Virus record (IMG/VR): IMGVR_UViG_3300006853_000015
Source: a virus
Reading direction: 5' to 3' (one strand)
DNA length: 64,000 nt
Shown: positions 25,792 through 34,552 of the stretch, piece after piece
Numbering within the stretch: the first letter of the stretch is position 1
Layout: each line of letters opens with the position of its first letter
Program-made: the position numbers and the translations under genes
The notes under the pieces: model-generated
Database searches by the model: none
What the model saw: only the letters and a program-made list of their open reading frames with translations
What the model was told of the DNA's origin: nothing

Positions 25792-25917
25792 GTGTATCTA
25801 ATTTTCCTGATGCTTGGGATATTCATGGCCGCCGTAGCTGGCGGAGCCGTTGGCTTTTGGGCCGGTAATCTTCAAGGCCCCGCCATGGCGAATTGCTACC
25901 CCTTAAATGATCGTTAA
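25792..25917 (+). CDS. 41-aa membrane peptide (not in ORF track)
   Basis: AGGAG RBS, GTG start; VYLIFLMLGIFMAAVAGGAVGFWAG...NDR*. Confidence 0.45.
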   Translation: MYLIFLMLGIFMAAVAGGAVGFWAGNLQGPAMANCYPLNDR

Positions 25918-25971
25918 CCAGAAAGTCACGGGCTCATAGAAATCAAGCACAACTGACCTTAGGTTTCTTTC

Positions 25972-25994
25972 GGGGCCACCCCATAGGGTGCCCC
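25972..25994. promoter_or_regulatory. Hairpin directly upstream of an RBS (second copy of the 3641 element)
   Basis: GGGGCCACCCCATAGGGTGCCCC followed by gttAGGAGtttcaaATG. Confidence 0.5.
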
Positions 25995-26008
25995 GTTAGG
26001 AGTTTCAA

Positions 26009-26101
26009 ATGTGGTTGCGTAAGGTCTACCGTGAACTTCTGTGGCTTCTGGTTTTCGATGTGGAAGCCGAAACGTATAAGGCGCAATGGGGACAGCAATG
26101 A
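26009..26101 (+). CDS. 30-aa peptide (not in ORF track)
   Basis: AGGAG RBS; MWLRKVYRELLWLLVFDVEAETYKAQWGQQ*; ATGA overlap with the next gene. Confidence 0.45.
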   Translation: MWLRKVYRELLWLLVFDVEAETYKAQWGQQ

Positions 26102-26346
26102 CCAAGGAAATCCTTTCTCAGGAAGAAAGAAGCGACGCGATTTTACTTCACCGCAGCATAGCTGCCGTGTTAGAAGATGCAGACCCGGAAACGGCTTACA
26201 TGGTTCTTAGCACCATGTTCTTAGAGGTGGCCGGTAAGTTACTGAAGAAGACAGACGATGAATTCTCCGCTGATTTCTGCCATGATTTCGGCGTTAGCAT
26301 GCACCGTTATGTCCAAACCGAAGGTAAAGGAAGGAAGTTGAACTAA
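26098..26346 (+). CDS. Hypothetical protein
   Basis: MTKEILSQ start overlapping the upstream stop. Confidence 0.55.
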   Translation: MTKEILSQEERSDAILLHRSIAAVLEDADPETAYMVLSTMFLEVAGKLLKKTDDEFSADFCHDFGVSMHRYVQTEGKGRKLN

Positions 26347-26765
26347 TGAAGCACATCGCACGTGTGGCCGCCCTGGTAGCGGCCACGATGCTAGGGGCGG
26401 GTTTCGTTTCGGCGAAGCCTGCCCCATCGCGCGGGGAGCTGCCGAACTTCGGCAACCCACAAGGGGCCTATAACAGCGGCACACACATGGGAATTGTGAA
26501 GGCCGCCGAAGCCGTATGCGTGGGCGACGTGCGCCGGCTTGGTATCACCGAAGCCGCTGCGCTTGGCTTCCGCGTTATACGCGACGCACAACCTGCGATG
26601 TTCGATAAGGGCATGAAGTACGGCCAGCGGCATTTCACAGCCGGGGCAAGCGAGAACGGTATTCCCGCCGCCTGCTATGCCGCCTACATGCTATATGGTC
26701 CAAGCGGCAAGGTTGTGCCCGATATCATCGAGTGGCAAGACGTTGAAGAGAAGGGGGAAAAGTGA
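26346..26765 (+). CDS. Secreted hypothetical protein
   Basis: Signal peptide MKHIARVAALVAATMLGAGFVSA; two Cys. Confidence 0.6.
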   Translation: MKHIARVAALVAATMLGAGFVSAKPAPSRGELPNFGNPQGAYNSGTHMGIVKAAEAVCVGDVRRLGITEAAALGFRVIRDAQPAMFDKGMKYGQRHFTAGASENGIPAACYAAYMLYGPSGKVVPDIIEWQDVEEKGEK

Positions 26766-26768
26766 CGC

Positions 26769-27047
26769 ATGGCAGGGGAAGCCGTTCTAACGAAGTTGTT
26801 CGGCCCCTACGAGGTGCACTTTGACGAGTTTCATTGGCAGTTGGTAAGCCGGGGTGCGAAAAGCATTACCCGGCTTGCTTACTGTTGCACACGTGAGGGG
26901 CTGCTACTGCGCATCCGTGCGCTATACGAAGGAGACAGCGGGATGTGGGAATATCGCAAGCGATATCCCAACGTGCCGCCCAAGGTGCTTGAGCTGTTGC
27001 GGGGGCTTCCCGATAGGAGGGCAGATTGGGAAGGAAGTGGAACGTAA
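26769..27047 (+). CDS. Hypothetical protein
   Basis: 92-aa ORF in the operon. Confidence 0.5.
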   Translation: MAGEAVLTKLFGPYEVHFDEFHWQLVSRGAKSITRLAYCCTREGLLLRIRALYEGDSGMWEYRKRYPNVPPKVLELLRGLPDRRADWEGSGT

Positions 27048-27208
27048 AGCGGCGGGGCTTCTGGACATATCATAGCGATAGCGCCACGCCCGATTACGCC
27101 GATATCCCCAAAGGGGTGCTTCGCGGGATCACGGAAGGAGTGGGAACAGCTTTCGCCTGGATATAGGCGAGAGATCGTAAGGAGCTTCGAAAGGGAGAAA
27201 GAGAAGCA

Positions 27209-27718
27209 ATGAGCGGAAATTTCAAGCTTCGGCTTAAGACGAAGGATACGAAGGAGACGTGGGCAATGCACGTGCTTGCCCATCAAATCGCATACGCCTT
27301 GCGGGATCGCGCTCGGCCGGGTTCTGATATCGAAAGCGAGGCCGCCGTAACGGCAACCAAGATTGGCCGGATCGCTCGCGATTATCTCAAGGAATGGCGA
27401 CGCAGCGGCGCGGTATCCACTACGGTGCCCGTGCAGCACACCAAGCAACCGAAGAAAAGAAGGGTTGCCCGAACTGATGGCGAGAAGTTGGCAGACGCCG
27501 TTATCAACTTCGTTTTCGATAACGGGGAAGCCAGCTTGGAAGATATCCGGAAAGCCTTCCCGCACATATCAGACGCACGATGGTATCTGCGGCGCGGGGC
27601 CGCCCGCGCCGGATGCGTTCTCGCCTATAGGGAATTGCCTAGCAAGGTTTCTAACCCGCGATGGCGCGGCCCCGGTAAGCGGCTGTGGCGCGCAGAGATC
27701 AAGCAACAGGAGGTTTGA
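27209..27718 (+). CDS. Hypothetical protein with possible C-terminal winged helix
   Basis: ADAVINFVFDNGEASLEDIRKAF pattern. Confidence 0.55.
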   Translation: MSGNFKLRLKTKDTKETWAMHVLAHQIAYALRDRARPGSDIESEAAVTATKIGRIARDYLKEWRRSGAVSTTVPVQHTKQPKKRRVARTDGEKLADAVINFVFDNGEASLEDIRKAFPHISDARWYLRRGAARAGCVLAYRELPSKVSNPRWRGPGKRLWRAEIKQQEV

Positions 27719-27788
27719 TATGCCATACTTTGTGACATACGGAAGCTGCCCCCGTGCGAGATCGTTAAGGCGTATCGGGTGAAGAAAA

Positions 27789-28025
27789 GTGAACGCCGAA
27801 AATAACACCTATTGGCACGTTGGTTACTGGTGCCCGATCACAGGCGGCTGGCGCATGTGGCATGCGTCCAAACGCATCTCCCGTGCGGCGGCCGATGAAC
27901 AGGCCGCCGAGCTGGCCAAGCAATACCCGCTTGGTGTCTGGAAGGCGTGGAAACCAGGGGAAGCCCCGAAGCCATACGCCGCGCCGTGGAAGACGTGCAA
28001 TTGCCGAAATTGCAGAGGTGAATGA
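27789..28025 (+). CDS. Hypothetical protein
   Basis: Trp-rich 78-aa ORF ending CNCRNC. Confidence 0.5.
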   Translation: MNAENNTYWHVGYWCPITGGWRMWHASKRISRAAADEQAAELAKQYPLGVWKAWKPGEAPKPYAAPWKTCNCRNCRGE

Positions 28026-28046
28026 ATGCAGCGAAAGGGAAAAGGC

Positions 28047-28205
28047 ATGAAGTGCATCAGGTACTATCGCACAGCCAGGGTGGAGCGGCTTCCGGATGAT
28101 GAAGCGGAGAAGGCTGTTCAGGCTAAACAGGCTTTCTTCATCTCCAAAACGGAATTCAAGCTTGCCCGTTCTGGACAGGTACGTGATCGAAGAGCTAGGC
28201 CATGA
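28047..28205 (+). CDS. 52-aa hypothetical protein (not in ORF track)
   Basis: MKCIRYYRTARVERLPDDEAEKAVQAKQAFFISKTEFKLAR...; ATGA overlap with the next gene. Confidence 0.45.
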   Translation: MKCIRYYRTARVERLPDDEAEKAVQAKQAFFISKTEFKLARSGQVRDRRARP

Positions 28206-28429
28206 AATTGCAGCCTAGAGAGTTTTATCATTCGCGGGAATTCTGGCGATCAGAGTTGGGCGTAAACCATGGCGAGATCATGAAGCGCGCAATCAAAGAT
28301 ATCTTGGCTCTATACAACGTACTGGAAGACATCGCCAATCTCAACGAAGCGGATTGCGAGAAGTACGTCAAAAGGGTGGATGATATTATCTCCGATGTTC
28401 TGGCCGGGAAGAACGTTGCACTTGGCTAA
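28202..28429 (+). CDS. Hypothetical protein
   Basis: 75-aa ORF. Confidence 0.45.
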   Translation: MKLQPREFYHSREFWRSELGVNHGEIMKRAIKDILALYNVLEDIANLNEADCEKYVKRVDDIISDVLAGKNVALG

Positions 28430-28480
28430 CCATCCAGGCCGAAGCCGCTAAACGTCTATCCAAAATCGCATAGCTGTGTT

Positions 28481-28777
28481 ATGCAACCGATCGGCTCCAC
28501 TAGGTGGGGCCTTTCGGCGTTTGGAAAACGGAGACATATGGCTGTGTCTGCACACTCCATTATAGCCTATGCCAGAGCTTCGTTGCTTCTGGATAAATAC
28601 GTGATCGAAGAGAGGCGGCGCTTAGGGGCCTGGGAAGAGAAGGAACGGCATGGCCGCTACGGCCCTGCCGAACGTGTTGAAGACGAGATATGGAGACGGC
28701 GTAACGAAACGATCCTAGATCAGGCCAATCAAGAGATTGGTTTCGTCACGATAGATGAATTCGGGGATTTCAGGTAA
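28481..28777 (+). CDS. Hypothetical protein
   Basis: Last plus-strand ORF; probable start MAVSAH after a GGAG RBS. Confidence 0.5.
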   Translation: MQPIGSTRWGLSAFGKRRHMAVSAHSIIAYARASLLLDKYVIEERRRLGAWEEKERHGRYGPAERVEDEIWRRRNETILDQANQEIGFVTIDEFGDFR

Positions 28778-28783
28778 GGAACG

Positions 28784-28882
28784 GCATAGAGCCCCACGGA
28801 GCCGCGAAAGCTCCGGGGGCTATGCCAGTACCTGGAAACCGGAAAAGCCGCTGTGTGGGGCTCCTATGGCTTCCTATGGCCT
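28784..28882 (+). repeat. Dispersed ~100-bp palindromic element, copy B (between convergent operons)
   Basis: Arms CATAGAGCCCCACGGAGCCGC / GCCGCTGTGTGGGGCTCCTATGG; core GGCTA-TGCCA-GTACCT at 28818-28833. Confidence 0.75.
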
Positions 28883-29210
28883 ATTCAGAAGGTGGGGTAT
28901 CCCGTACGGCCACAAGGTAGGCATCCGGGAAGAATAGGCGCAACTTCTTTAGCTGTTCTGCGGCGTCCGGGAAGGCCGCCGCAAGGCGTTCACTTTCGAT
29001 CAAAGCCATGATGTGGCGCTTCTGTGCCTCCGTAAGGCGGGGTTCAAGCCGGAAGGGTGCGCGGGTATCCAGCCAAGCGAGATCGCGCCCCACGGCTTCC
29101 AGGGCCGCCCCAAGGCGCACGTAATCCACGGGAAGGGTTTTAGGTGGCCTTGCCGCGACCGTATTTGCCCCACGCCCTCCCGCGCGGAAGCGTTTTGATC
29201 GCTTCTTCAT
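28881..29210 (-). CDS. Hypothetical protein
   Basis: Last gene of the late operon; 109 aa. Confidence 0.5.
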   Translation of the reverse strand: MKKRSKRFRAGGRGANTVAARPPKTLPVDYVRLGAALEAVGRDLAWLDTRAPFRLEPRLTEAQKRHIMALIESERLAAAFPDAAEQLKKLRLFFPDAYLVAVRDTPPSE

Positions 29211-29856
29211 GTGCGTCTATTTCCGGCTGGGTAAGCGTGGAAGGAAGCGGGGCCGGACGCTGCAAAGCCGGGGCATCCTTTAATTCAGCCGTGGCCGCCC
29301 CGCCAAAATCGAATTGGCGCGGCGGTTGCACAAGCCGTAGGTTCATGTAGCACTGCGCAAGCAATTCGCTATCGATCAACGCGCCGTGGCGCGCCTTGCG
29401 GCTATCTAGCTTGATGCCGAAGCGCTCGCAAAGCGCGTCCAGGCTGTGCTTCCCCTTGTTAAAGGTGGAACGGGAAAGCTGGTATGTGTCCACCACGGCA
29501 TACCCGCTTAGGGGCGGGATGCCGCAAAGGCGAAGTTCGGCGTTCATGAAATCCATATCGAAGCGCGCATTGTGCGCAACGAACTCTGAAGCCGGTTCCA
29601 TAAAGTCCAGGATATCATCCACAACCCTATCGAAGACGGGCTTGTCTCGCAGGAAATCGTAAGACAGGCCGTGCACGTTGTAACTTTCAATCGGCACGTC
29701 CCGCTCGGGGTTGATATATGCGTGGTAGCTTCGGCCCGATGGTTTGTAATTCACAAGCTCAACAAGGCCGAATTCCACAATACGATGGCCAGACCGAGGG
29801 GAAAGGCCGGTTGTCTCCGTATCAAAGACAATCGAAACGAAAGGCTTTTCACCCAC
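29140..29856 (-). CDS. dnaQ: DNA polymerase III epsilon-like 3'-5' exonuclease
   Basis: VFDTETTG, HRIVE.G.VEL, FVAHNARFD, SLDALC.RFGI, HGALIDSELLA, C-terminal HEE. Confidence 0.92.
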   Translation of the reverse strand: MGEKPFVSIVFDTETTGLSPRSGHRIVEFGLVELVNYKPSGRSYHAYINPERDVPIESYNVHGLSYDFLRDKPVFDRVVDDILDFMEPASEFVAHNARFDMDFMNAELRLCGIPPLSGYAVVDTYQLSRSTFNKGKHSLDALCERFGIKLDSRKARHGALIDSELLAQCYMNLRLVQPPRQFDFGGAATAELKDAPALQRPAPLPSTLTQPEIDAHEEAIKTLPRGRAWGKYGRGKAT

Positions 29857-29871
29857 GGGGCTCTCCCTGTT

Positions 29872-30234
29872 TTAGCGCCCCTTGGTTGGCGCGGGGATCA
29901 CGCCAAGATGAGGCACTTCGGCTTTCATCAACGAAACAACGTCGTTAAGCTCGCCGTGCAAGGTTTTCAGCCGCGTGGAGTTGTCTTCACACTTCGAAGC
30001 CGGTTTCGTGGCCGCGAGCGCATTTGAGATGCGCGCGCGCACCTGCTTATTGATTTCGGTTTGGATTTCCAGCCGATTGGATAGCGGGTCGCGGATATCG
30101 CTCCGGTAAACCACCAATGCGCCCGTGATCACCGTGAAGACGGCAATCAGTTTGGTTGATGTGGAGAACAGTGTGGAAGCAATCGGGCCAAGGATGGCCC
30201 CAAGCTTCAAGAGCCAGGGAAGTGCGGCCAGCAT
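29872..30234 (-). CDS. Membrane-anchored lysis-module protein (i-spanin-like, tentative)
   Basis: Follows the endolysin; GGAGG RBS before MLAALPW; two hydrophobic segments then a coiled coil. Confidence 0.45.
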   Translation of the reverse strand: MLAALPWLLKLGAILGPIASTLFSTSTKLIAVFTVITGALVVYRSDIRDPLSNRLEIQTEINKQVRARISNALAATKPASKCEDNSTRLKTLHGELNDVVSLMKAEVPHLGVIPAPTKGR

Positions 30235-30236
30235 GG

Positions 30237-31550
30237 TTAGCCCTCCGATGTGTCCGAAGTGATGCCCATCTGCGCATCCTGAACGCGCGCAGAGATGATG
30301 CCCCAACCTTTCCAGGCAAGGTATGCGCCGCCAACCACCAACAGCACCCAATAGTGATCGCCGATGAACGCCCAAGACGCCTGAACACGTGTGGCAAGCG
30401 CCTGCACAAGTTCAAACTGCGTCATCCATTCGCCAGCGCGGGAAAGAATGCCGGGGTCCGTTGCCGTGATCGTGGTAGGCACCACAGTAGGCGCGCCGGG
30501 TTGCTGCGCGATCACAACACCACCAGTCGCAATGGCGATGCCCGCTCCGGCCACATCCCGCCCATCGTTCACGATGCGGGAGCCTGCCTTGATTAGTTCG
30601 CCCATGCCCACGGAAGGCTTGGAGCCCTTGGGCTTCCGTGCGGCGGTTTCGGCGTATAGGGCCGCAGATGTGATTGCATCCATTCCGTTGGGCGTTGTGG
30701 GCAACCCGTTCACGGCCTGGAAGGCCAAAAGCCCCGCCTGGGTATCCGTGCCGAACTTGCCGTCCCGCTTGCCAACCTCGAAATAGCCAAGGCCCCATAG
30801 CCGTGCCTGCATGCGCTTCACTTCGGGGGAATGCTCTCCGAAGCTTACCAGGAATTCCCCAACCGTAGGGGGCTCCTTCGGGCTTGTGCGCCGCCCGTCA
30901 AGGGCGAGCGCATTCACCTTCGCGTACCATTCCTTGCGATCCTTCCAACCGATGGGGTCTTTGTCCAGGTTGGGGTTGCCCGCGTTGATGCCGTTGGAAA
31001 ACTTCCGGAAGCCTTCCAGCGTGTTCATATCGGCATAGCGCCACAGGGGCTTGGCTTCACACAGGATCGCTTCCAGGGCGATGGCCGGTTGCGATAGAAG
31101 CTCCGGATTGTTCACAAGGTCTTGGCCTACGGCCTTGCCTATCTTCCGGTAATTTCCCTTCCCCGTGTTCTGGCCAGCGCCCCGGCCCCGATAATTGAAA
31201 CCGTCATCATCATCGGTTCCATCATCTTCGTTCCCCATGCGCTCGCCGTACACTTTGTTAAGCAGCTTGCGCGGGTTCATCACGTAGGCTTTCGCCGCTT
31301 CCACCGTGGCAAAGCGCGTTGGCCAAACCTCCTTGATACGCGCCGCGCTTTTGAACATGCCGCTTTCAACGTACACGGTGAAACCGGCCGTCTCAGCAAG
31401 GCACGTGGCGAGAAGCATCTTGAAGCGTGGCGTGGTTGTGCAATCCCACTTCTTAAGCAGGTCTGGGCGGCTATAGAATGCCGCAGCAGCCGCCTTATCA
31501 GCTTTGCGGTATCCTTTCAGCAGCCGCTGCATTTGGGCTTCTGTGATCAT
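30237..31550 (-). CDS. Endolysin: GH19 + peptidoglycan-binding domain + C-terminal hydrophobic segments
   Basis: LAETAGF, NYRGRG..QNTGK.NY, INAG (GH19); VKRMQARL..LGY...DGKFG.DT...AFQ..NGL (PG_binding_1). Start MITEAQ at 31550 is tentative. Confidence 0.88.
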   Translation of the reverse strand: MITEAQMQRLLKGYRKADKAAAAAFYSRPDLLKKWDCTTTPRFKMLLATCLAETAGFTVYVESGMFKSAARIKEVWPTRFATVEAAKAYVMNPRKLLNKVYGERMGNEDDGTDDDDGFNYRGRGAGQNTGKGNYRKIGKAVGQDLVNNPELLSQPAIALEAILCEAKPLWRYADMNTLEGFRKFSNGINAGNPNLDKDPIGWKDRKEWYAKVNALALDGRRTSPKEPPTVGEFLVSFGEHSPEVKRMQARLWGLGYFEVGKRDGKFGTDTQAGLLAFQAVNGLPTTPNGMDAITSAALYAETAARKPKGSKPSVGMGELIKAGSRIVNDGRDVAGAGIAIATGGVVIAQQPGAPTVVPTTITATDPGILSRAGEWMTQFELVQALATRVQASWAFIGDHYWVLLVVGGAYLAWKGWGIISARVQDAQMGITSDTSEG

Positions 31551-31636
31551 ATACGGCCTTATGGTTGGATTTCTGGAAAGGGCCAAATAGAAACGGCCCC
31601 AATCGGGGCCGCTTAACGTATCCTTGGGATAGACGG

Positions 31637-32680
31637 TTACTGGCCGCCGCCTCCCCCGCCGCCCCGGCTGTCTGTTCCGGCTGAACCGTCTGGGGCCGTT
31701 AGGGTGAGAGCTGTTGTCCATCCGCCATCCCGCGTTACGTTGTGCCGAACGGATTTAATCCGATAGGGGCCGTCCACGCCTGGACGTGCCCCGCTTACTG
31801 TGCAGATGCTACCAGGGCGGGGCGAAGCGGAACCATCCACGGTTACTGAGCCGCCGCCCTTTTCCTTATCGCTATCCTTGGCGTTGGAACCGGCCTTGTC
31901 CTTCGCCTTCTCGCTATTGTGCTTCGAGAAGCGCGTGCGGTGTTTCGCCTGGGAACGGGACTTCTTTGTGGAGCCGGTTTCGGATTTCCACTCGGCCGCC
32001 GCCATATCAAACCAGCGCGCTTCTGTTTCCTGAAACTGTGGCCGCCCCGTATCGGGCTCTAAATCCCAATCGATTAGGTTACTGCCCCGCCGCGCGGTGA
32101 AGCTTCCCGTAAGGCCGCCTATCCCGCCGCCGTTCTTTGGCGAGATGATCGCCTTATTCCCCTGGACTTTGAATATCCCGCCAAGCTCGGAAGCTATCCG
32201 CTCTCCCGTATGGAAAAAGCTATCATCATTGGCACCCCACCATTCGCGGGTCTTGTCCAATGATCCTTCCACTTGAACCGAGATACCGGCGTCCTTCCCC
32301 ATCTCGTTGAGAAATTCGGAAGCCTTGCCGTTATCCTTGTGCTTCTGTTGCGGCTGCTTACCCTTGCCCAAGGTGTCTATGCCCTTGGCCCCAATGGTAA
32401 GCGTCATGCCGCCGTTTTTGCTGCCCTTGGATTTTACGTCATCAACGGTTCCAACGAACACCTGGGAACCGGCTTCGTTATCCCAACCAAGGGAGACGGT
32501 TACAGATGCGCCCGTGCGCGGGAGCGCGATTTGCGCCCCGCGATCATCCACCGTAATGGAGCACGTGTCGCTCTGTGTTCCTTCGTTATCCGTGATTTCG
32601 ATTTCCTGAAGACAGCTCTTCAAGCCAGCGGTGATATTGCTTCCGCCGACATGGACCTTATACCACCCCTTCCTTGCCAC
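31637..32680 (-). CDS. P2 gpD-like late control / tail hub protein
   Basis: ITDNEGTQSD...ITVDDR...LP.TG..V.VSLGW...FVGTVD; GGIFKVQG.K.I; DGPYRIKSVRH.V...GW.T.L.L. Confidence 0.88.
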   Translation of the reverse strand: MARKGWYKVHVGGSNITAGLKSCLQEIEITDNEGTQSDTCSITVDDRGAQIALPRTGASVTVSLGWDNEAGSQVFVGTVDDVKSKGSKNGGMTLTIGAKGIDTLGKGKQPQQKHKDNGKASEFLNEMGKDAGISVQVEGSLDKTREWWGANDDSFFHTGERIASELGGIFKVQGNKAIISPKNGGGIGGLTGSFTARRGSNLIDWDLEPDTGRPQFQETEARWFDMAAAEWKSETGSTKKSRSQAKHRTRFSKHNSEKAKDKAGSNAKDSDKEKGGGSVTVDGSASPRPGSICTVSGARPGVDGPYRIKSVRHNVTRDGGWTTALTLTAPDGSAGTDSRGGGGGGGQ

Positions 32681-32915
32681 GGGCCAACGCCTCCCTTCTG
32701 TGAATGGTTGCCACGGCTATGCCGTAATCCAGCTCGCTATCGGTCCAGCCGGTTGCCTTCTTCACTTCGTATCGCCGCAACTCCCAACCGCGCGCCAGCG
32801 ATTTAAGCGCCGTGCGTTTGGGCGGATTGCGCTTGGCCTTCAGTTCTCGAAGCTCGGCCCAACGCTGATTGATTTCCAGAAGGCCCCATTGCAACAGGAT
32901 GTCTGTTTTAGCCAT
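32658..32915 (-). CDS. Hypothetical protein
   Basis: 85-aa ORF inserted between tail X and D. Confidence 0.5.
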   Translation of the reverse strand: MAKTDILLQWGLLEINQRWAELRELKAKRNPPKRTALKSLARGWELRRYEVKKATGWTDSELDYGIAVATIHRREALARGKEGVV

Positions 32916-33363
32916 AGATTGCCTTTTCCTGTTCCGCCGCCGTGCCGAAGAAGGCCGCCGTTAAAATGGGGCAGGGGTCTTCAACTTCGTAATAAACGTT
33001 ACAGCTATCCGGGTTTCTAACCTCGCGCAGCAGGATCGCGATGGAATGGCCTTGCTTGTGCCCCAACGCTTCGGCCCGCGCGAATATGGCTTCGTTTTCT
33101 TCGTTTGTCCAATCTCCCATAAGCTTGCAGGCGTCATAGAAGATGGATTGCGGCCCCATCGCAAGGAGGTGTGTGCCATGTTCGTTGCGCCCGTCCATGA
33201 ATGCGGAGATGAACGGCTTCCGAAGCTGCTCTACAAGGCTACCAGAAGCCGCCACAGCCCCGGAAATGCTTGCCGGGATATCCACGGCAGGGCCGCCATT
33301 ACGGCGGTCCCTGCACGTTTTACACGTCCCCATGCGTTGGGGTGGGCAATAGCAGATTGGCAT
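32908..33363 (-). CDS. Hypothetical protein
   Basis: 151-aa ORF inserted between tail X and D. Confidence 0.5.
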   Translation of the reverse strand: MPICYCPPQRMGTCKTCRDRRNGGPAVDIPASISGAVAASGSLVEQLRKPFISAFMDGRNEHGTHLLAMGPQSIFYDACKLMGDWTNEENEAIFARAEALGHKQGHSIAILLREVRNPDSCNVYYEVEDPCPILTAAFFGTAAEQEKAIYG

Positions 33364-34120
33364 AATAAAACGGCGTCCTTACACGCGGCCGATTGATGAG
33401 ACGAATTCCAAGGCGTCGGCATTTGCCGCCCGCCGCACTTCGCGAGATGTTGAGCGCATCCGCGATATCTTGAAGAGAGCCGCCCGCCGCAGCAATCCGG
33501 CGCAAGGTGGCTTCCCTTTCATCGGGCCATGGCCTGTTTGATCGCGGGCCGGGTGCAACGGCCTTCTCGATCACGCAAAGCCCGGCTTCCTGCCGCGCCT
33601 GGGCACGTGTTTTCAACGGAGGAAGCTTCGCCCAATACGCGCGAACGGCCCCGGCTATTGTGTTTGCGGCGCGCCGCCATTCCGGTTCCGTGGCCACAAG
33701 GTGGGTGATGTACTTGATGCCCTGGCAAACGGTTTGGTTTGTCCATGCGCCGGTATGGCGCGCGATCTGGCTTAGACTACACGGGGTAAGATCGCGGCAC
33801 AGGTGCCACACCAGTTGACGCACGCGCACCACGCAACGTTGTTGCACGGGGGAAGTGATCACGCTTTCATCCACGCCGTAGTAAAGGCCAACGGCGCGAA
33901 GCACATCTGCGATAAGGAAAGGTTGGGGATCAACCTGCGGCGGCCGGTTATTCGTGCGGCAGTACCAAGGCGCGGCGTTGCCGCACTTCTGGCGAGGGTT
34001 AGCCCAACCGAGAAAGGGGGAGGTGGGTAGGTTGGGGGAAGGCCGTTCAACGGCCTCTCCCCTTAAGCAGGTTCTGCACTTGTTGTTGCCGCGCTTAAGG
34101 AACGGGCACTTGCGTGTCAT
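33320..34120 (-). CDS. DnaA domain IV + GcrA-type N-terminal HTH fusion protein
   Basis: IADVLRAVGLYYGV....ITS..QQR.VVRVRQLVWHLCRDLTPCSLSQIAR...NQTV (DnaA-IV); WPDEREATLRRI..AG.S.QDIADALNISRSAAGGKCRRLGI (GcrA HTH). Confidence 0.75.
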   Translation of the reverse strand: MTRKCPFLKRGNNKCRTCLRGEAVERPSPNLPTSPFLGWANPRQKCGNAAPWYCRTNNRPPQVDPQPFLIADVLRAVGLYYGVDESVITSPVQQRCVVRVRQLVWHLCRDLTPCSLSQIARHTGAWTNQTVCQGIKYITHLVATEPEWRRAANTIAGAVRAYWAKLPPLKTRAQARQEAGLCVIEKAVAPGPRSNRPWPDEREATLRRIAAAGGSLQDIADALNISRSAAGGKCRRLGIRLINRPRVRTPFYYANLLLPTPTHGDV

Positions 34121-34368
34121 TGGGAAAGAACCGAGAAAAGATCGATTGGCTTTTCTTCGTACCTATCCTCATCATCGAAGATTGGCAGATGCACTACGGT
34201 TCCAACCGCAAGCTCTGTTTCCTGATGTTCCAGAAGATAGTTCTCCGGCATCTCAAGCATATATTCCAGAAGCCCGTCCTTGGGTTCATGGAACCTTTGC
34301 CATATGATGCTATCCAGGGTTACGCCTTCCGATGAAACCGTATGCTGTTCAATGTGGATTACTGCCAT
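34117..34368 (-). CDS. P2 gpX-like tail protein (LysM-like)
   Basis: GVTLDSIIWQRF...LLE..LEM..N...LAVGTVVHLP. Confidence 0.75.
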   Translation of the reverse strand: MAVIHIEQHTVSSEGVTLDSIIWQRFHEPKDGLLEYMLEMPENYLLEHQETELAVGTVVHLPIFDDEDRYEEKPIDLFSVLSQ

Positions 34369-34552
34369 TGCACCTCACACAATCCTTTGAAATGCAGCGG
34401 CCTTCATGATCAACGAGAACGCCGCCGCACCCTTCGCAAATCACCATGGCTCCAAAGCCCTTGGCAACCTTCTCCGCAGAGATCAGCCCCGCCAAATCGC
34501 GCATGTCTTCGCCAAATAGCTCTTCGCTGCATTTCTTACAGAAGTCGGCCAT
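34349..34552 (-). CDS. Small Cys-rich Zn-binding hypothetical protein
   Basis: MADFCKKC...CEGCG..LVDHEGRCIS.DC. Confidence 0.55.
   Translation of the reverse strand: MADFCKKCSEELFGEDMRDLAGLISAEKVAKGFGAMVICEGCGGVLVDHEGRCISKDCVRCNGSNPH

Noticed and set aside
29872-30060. Embedded o-spanin lipoprotein inside the putative i-spanin
   Set aside because: The alternative frame I checked gives only a short Arg-rich peptide with no lipobox.
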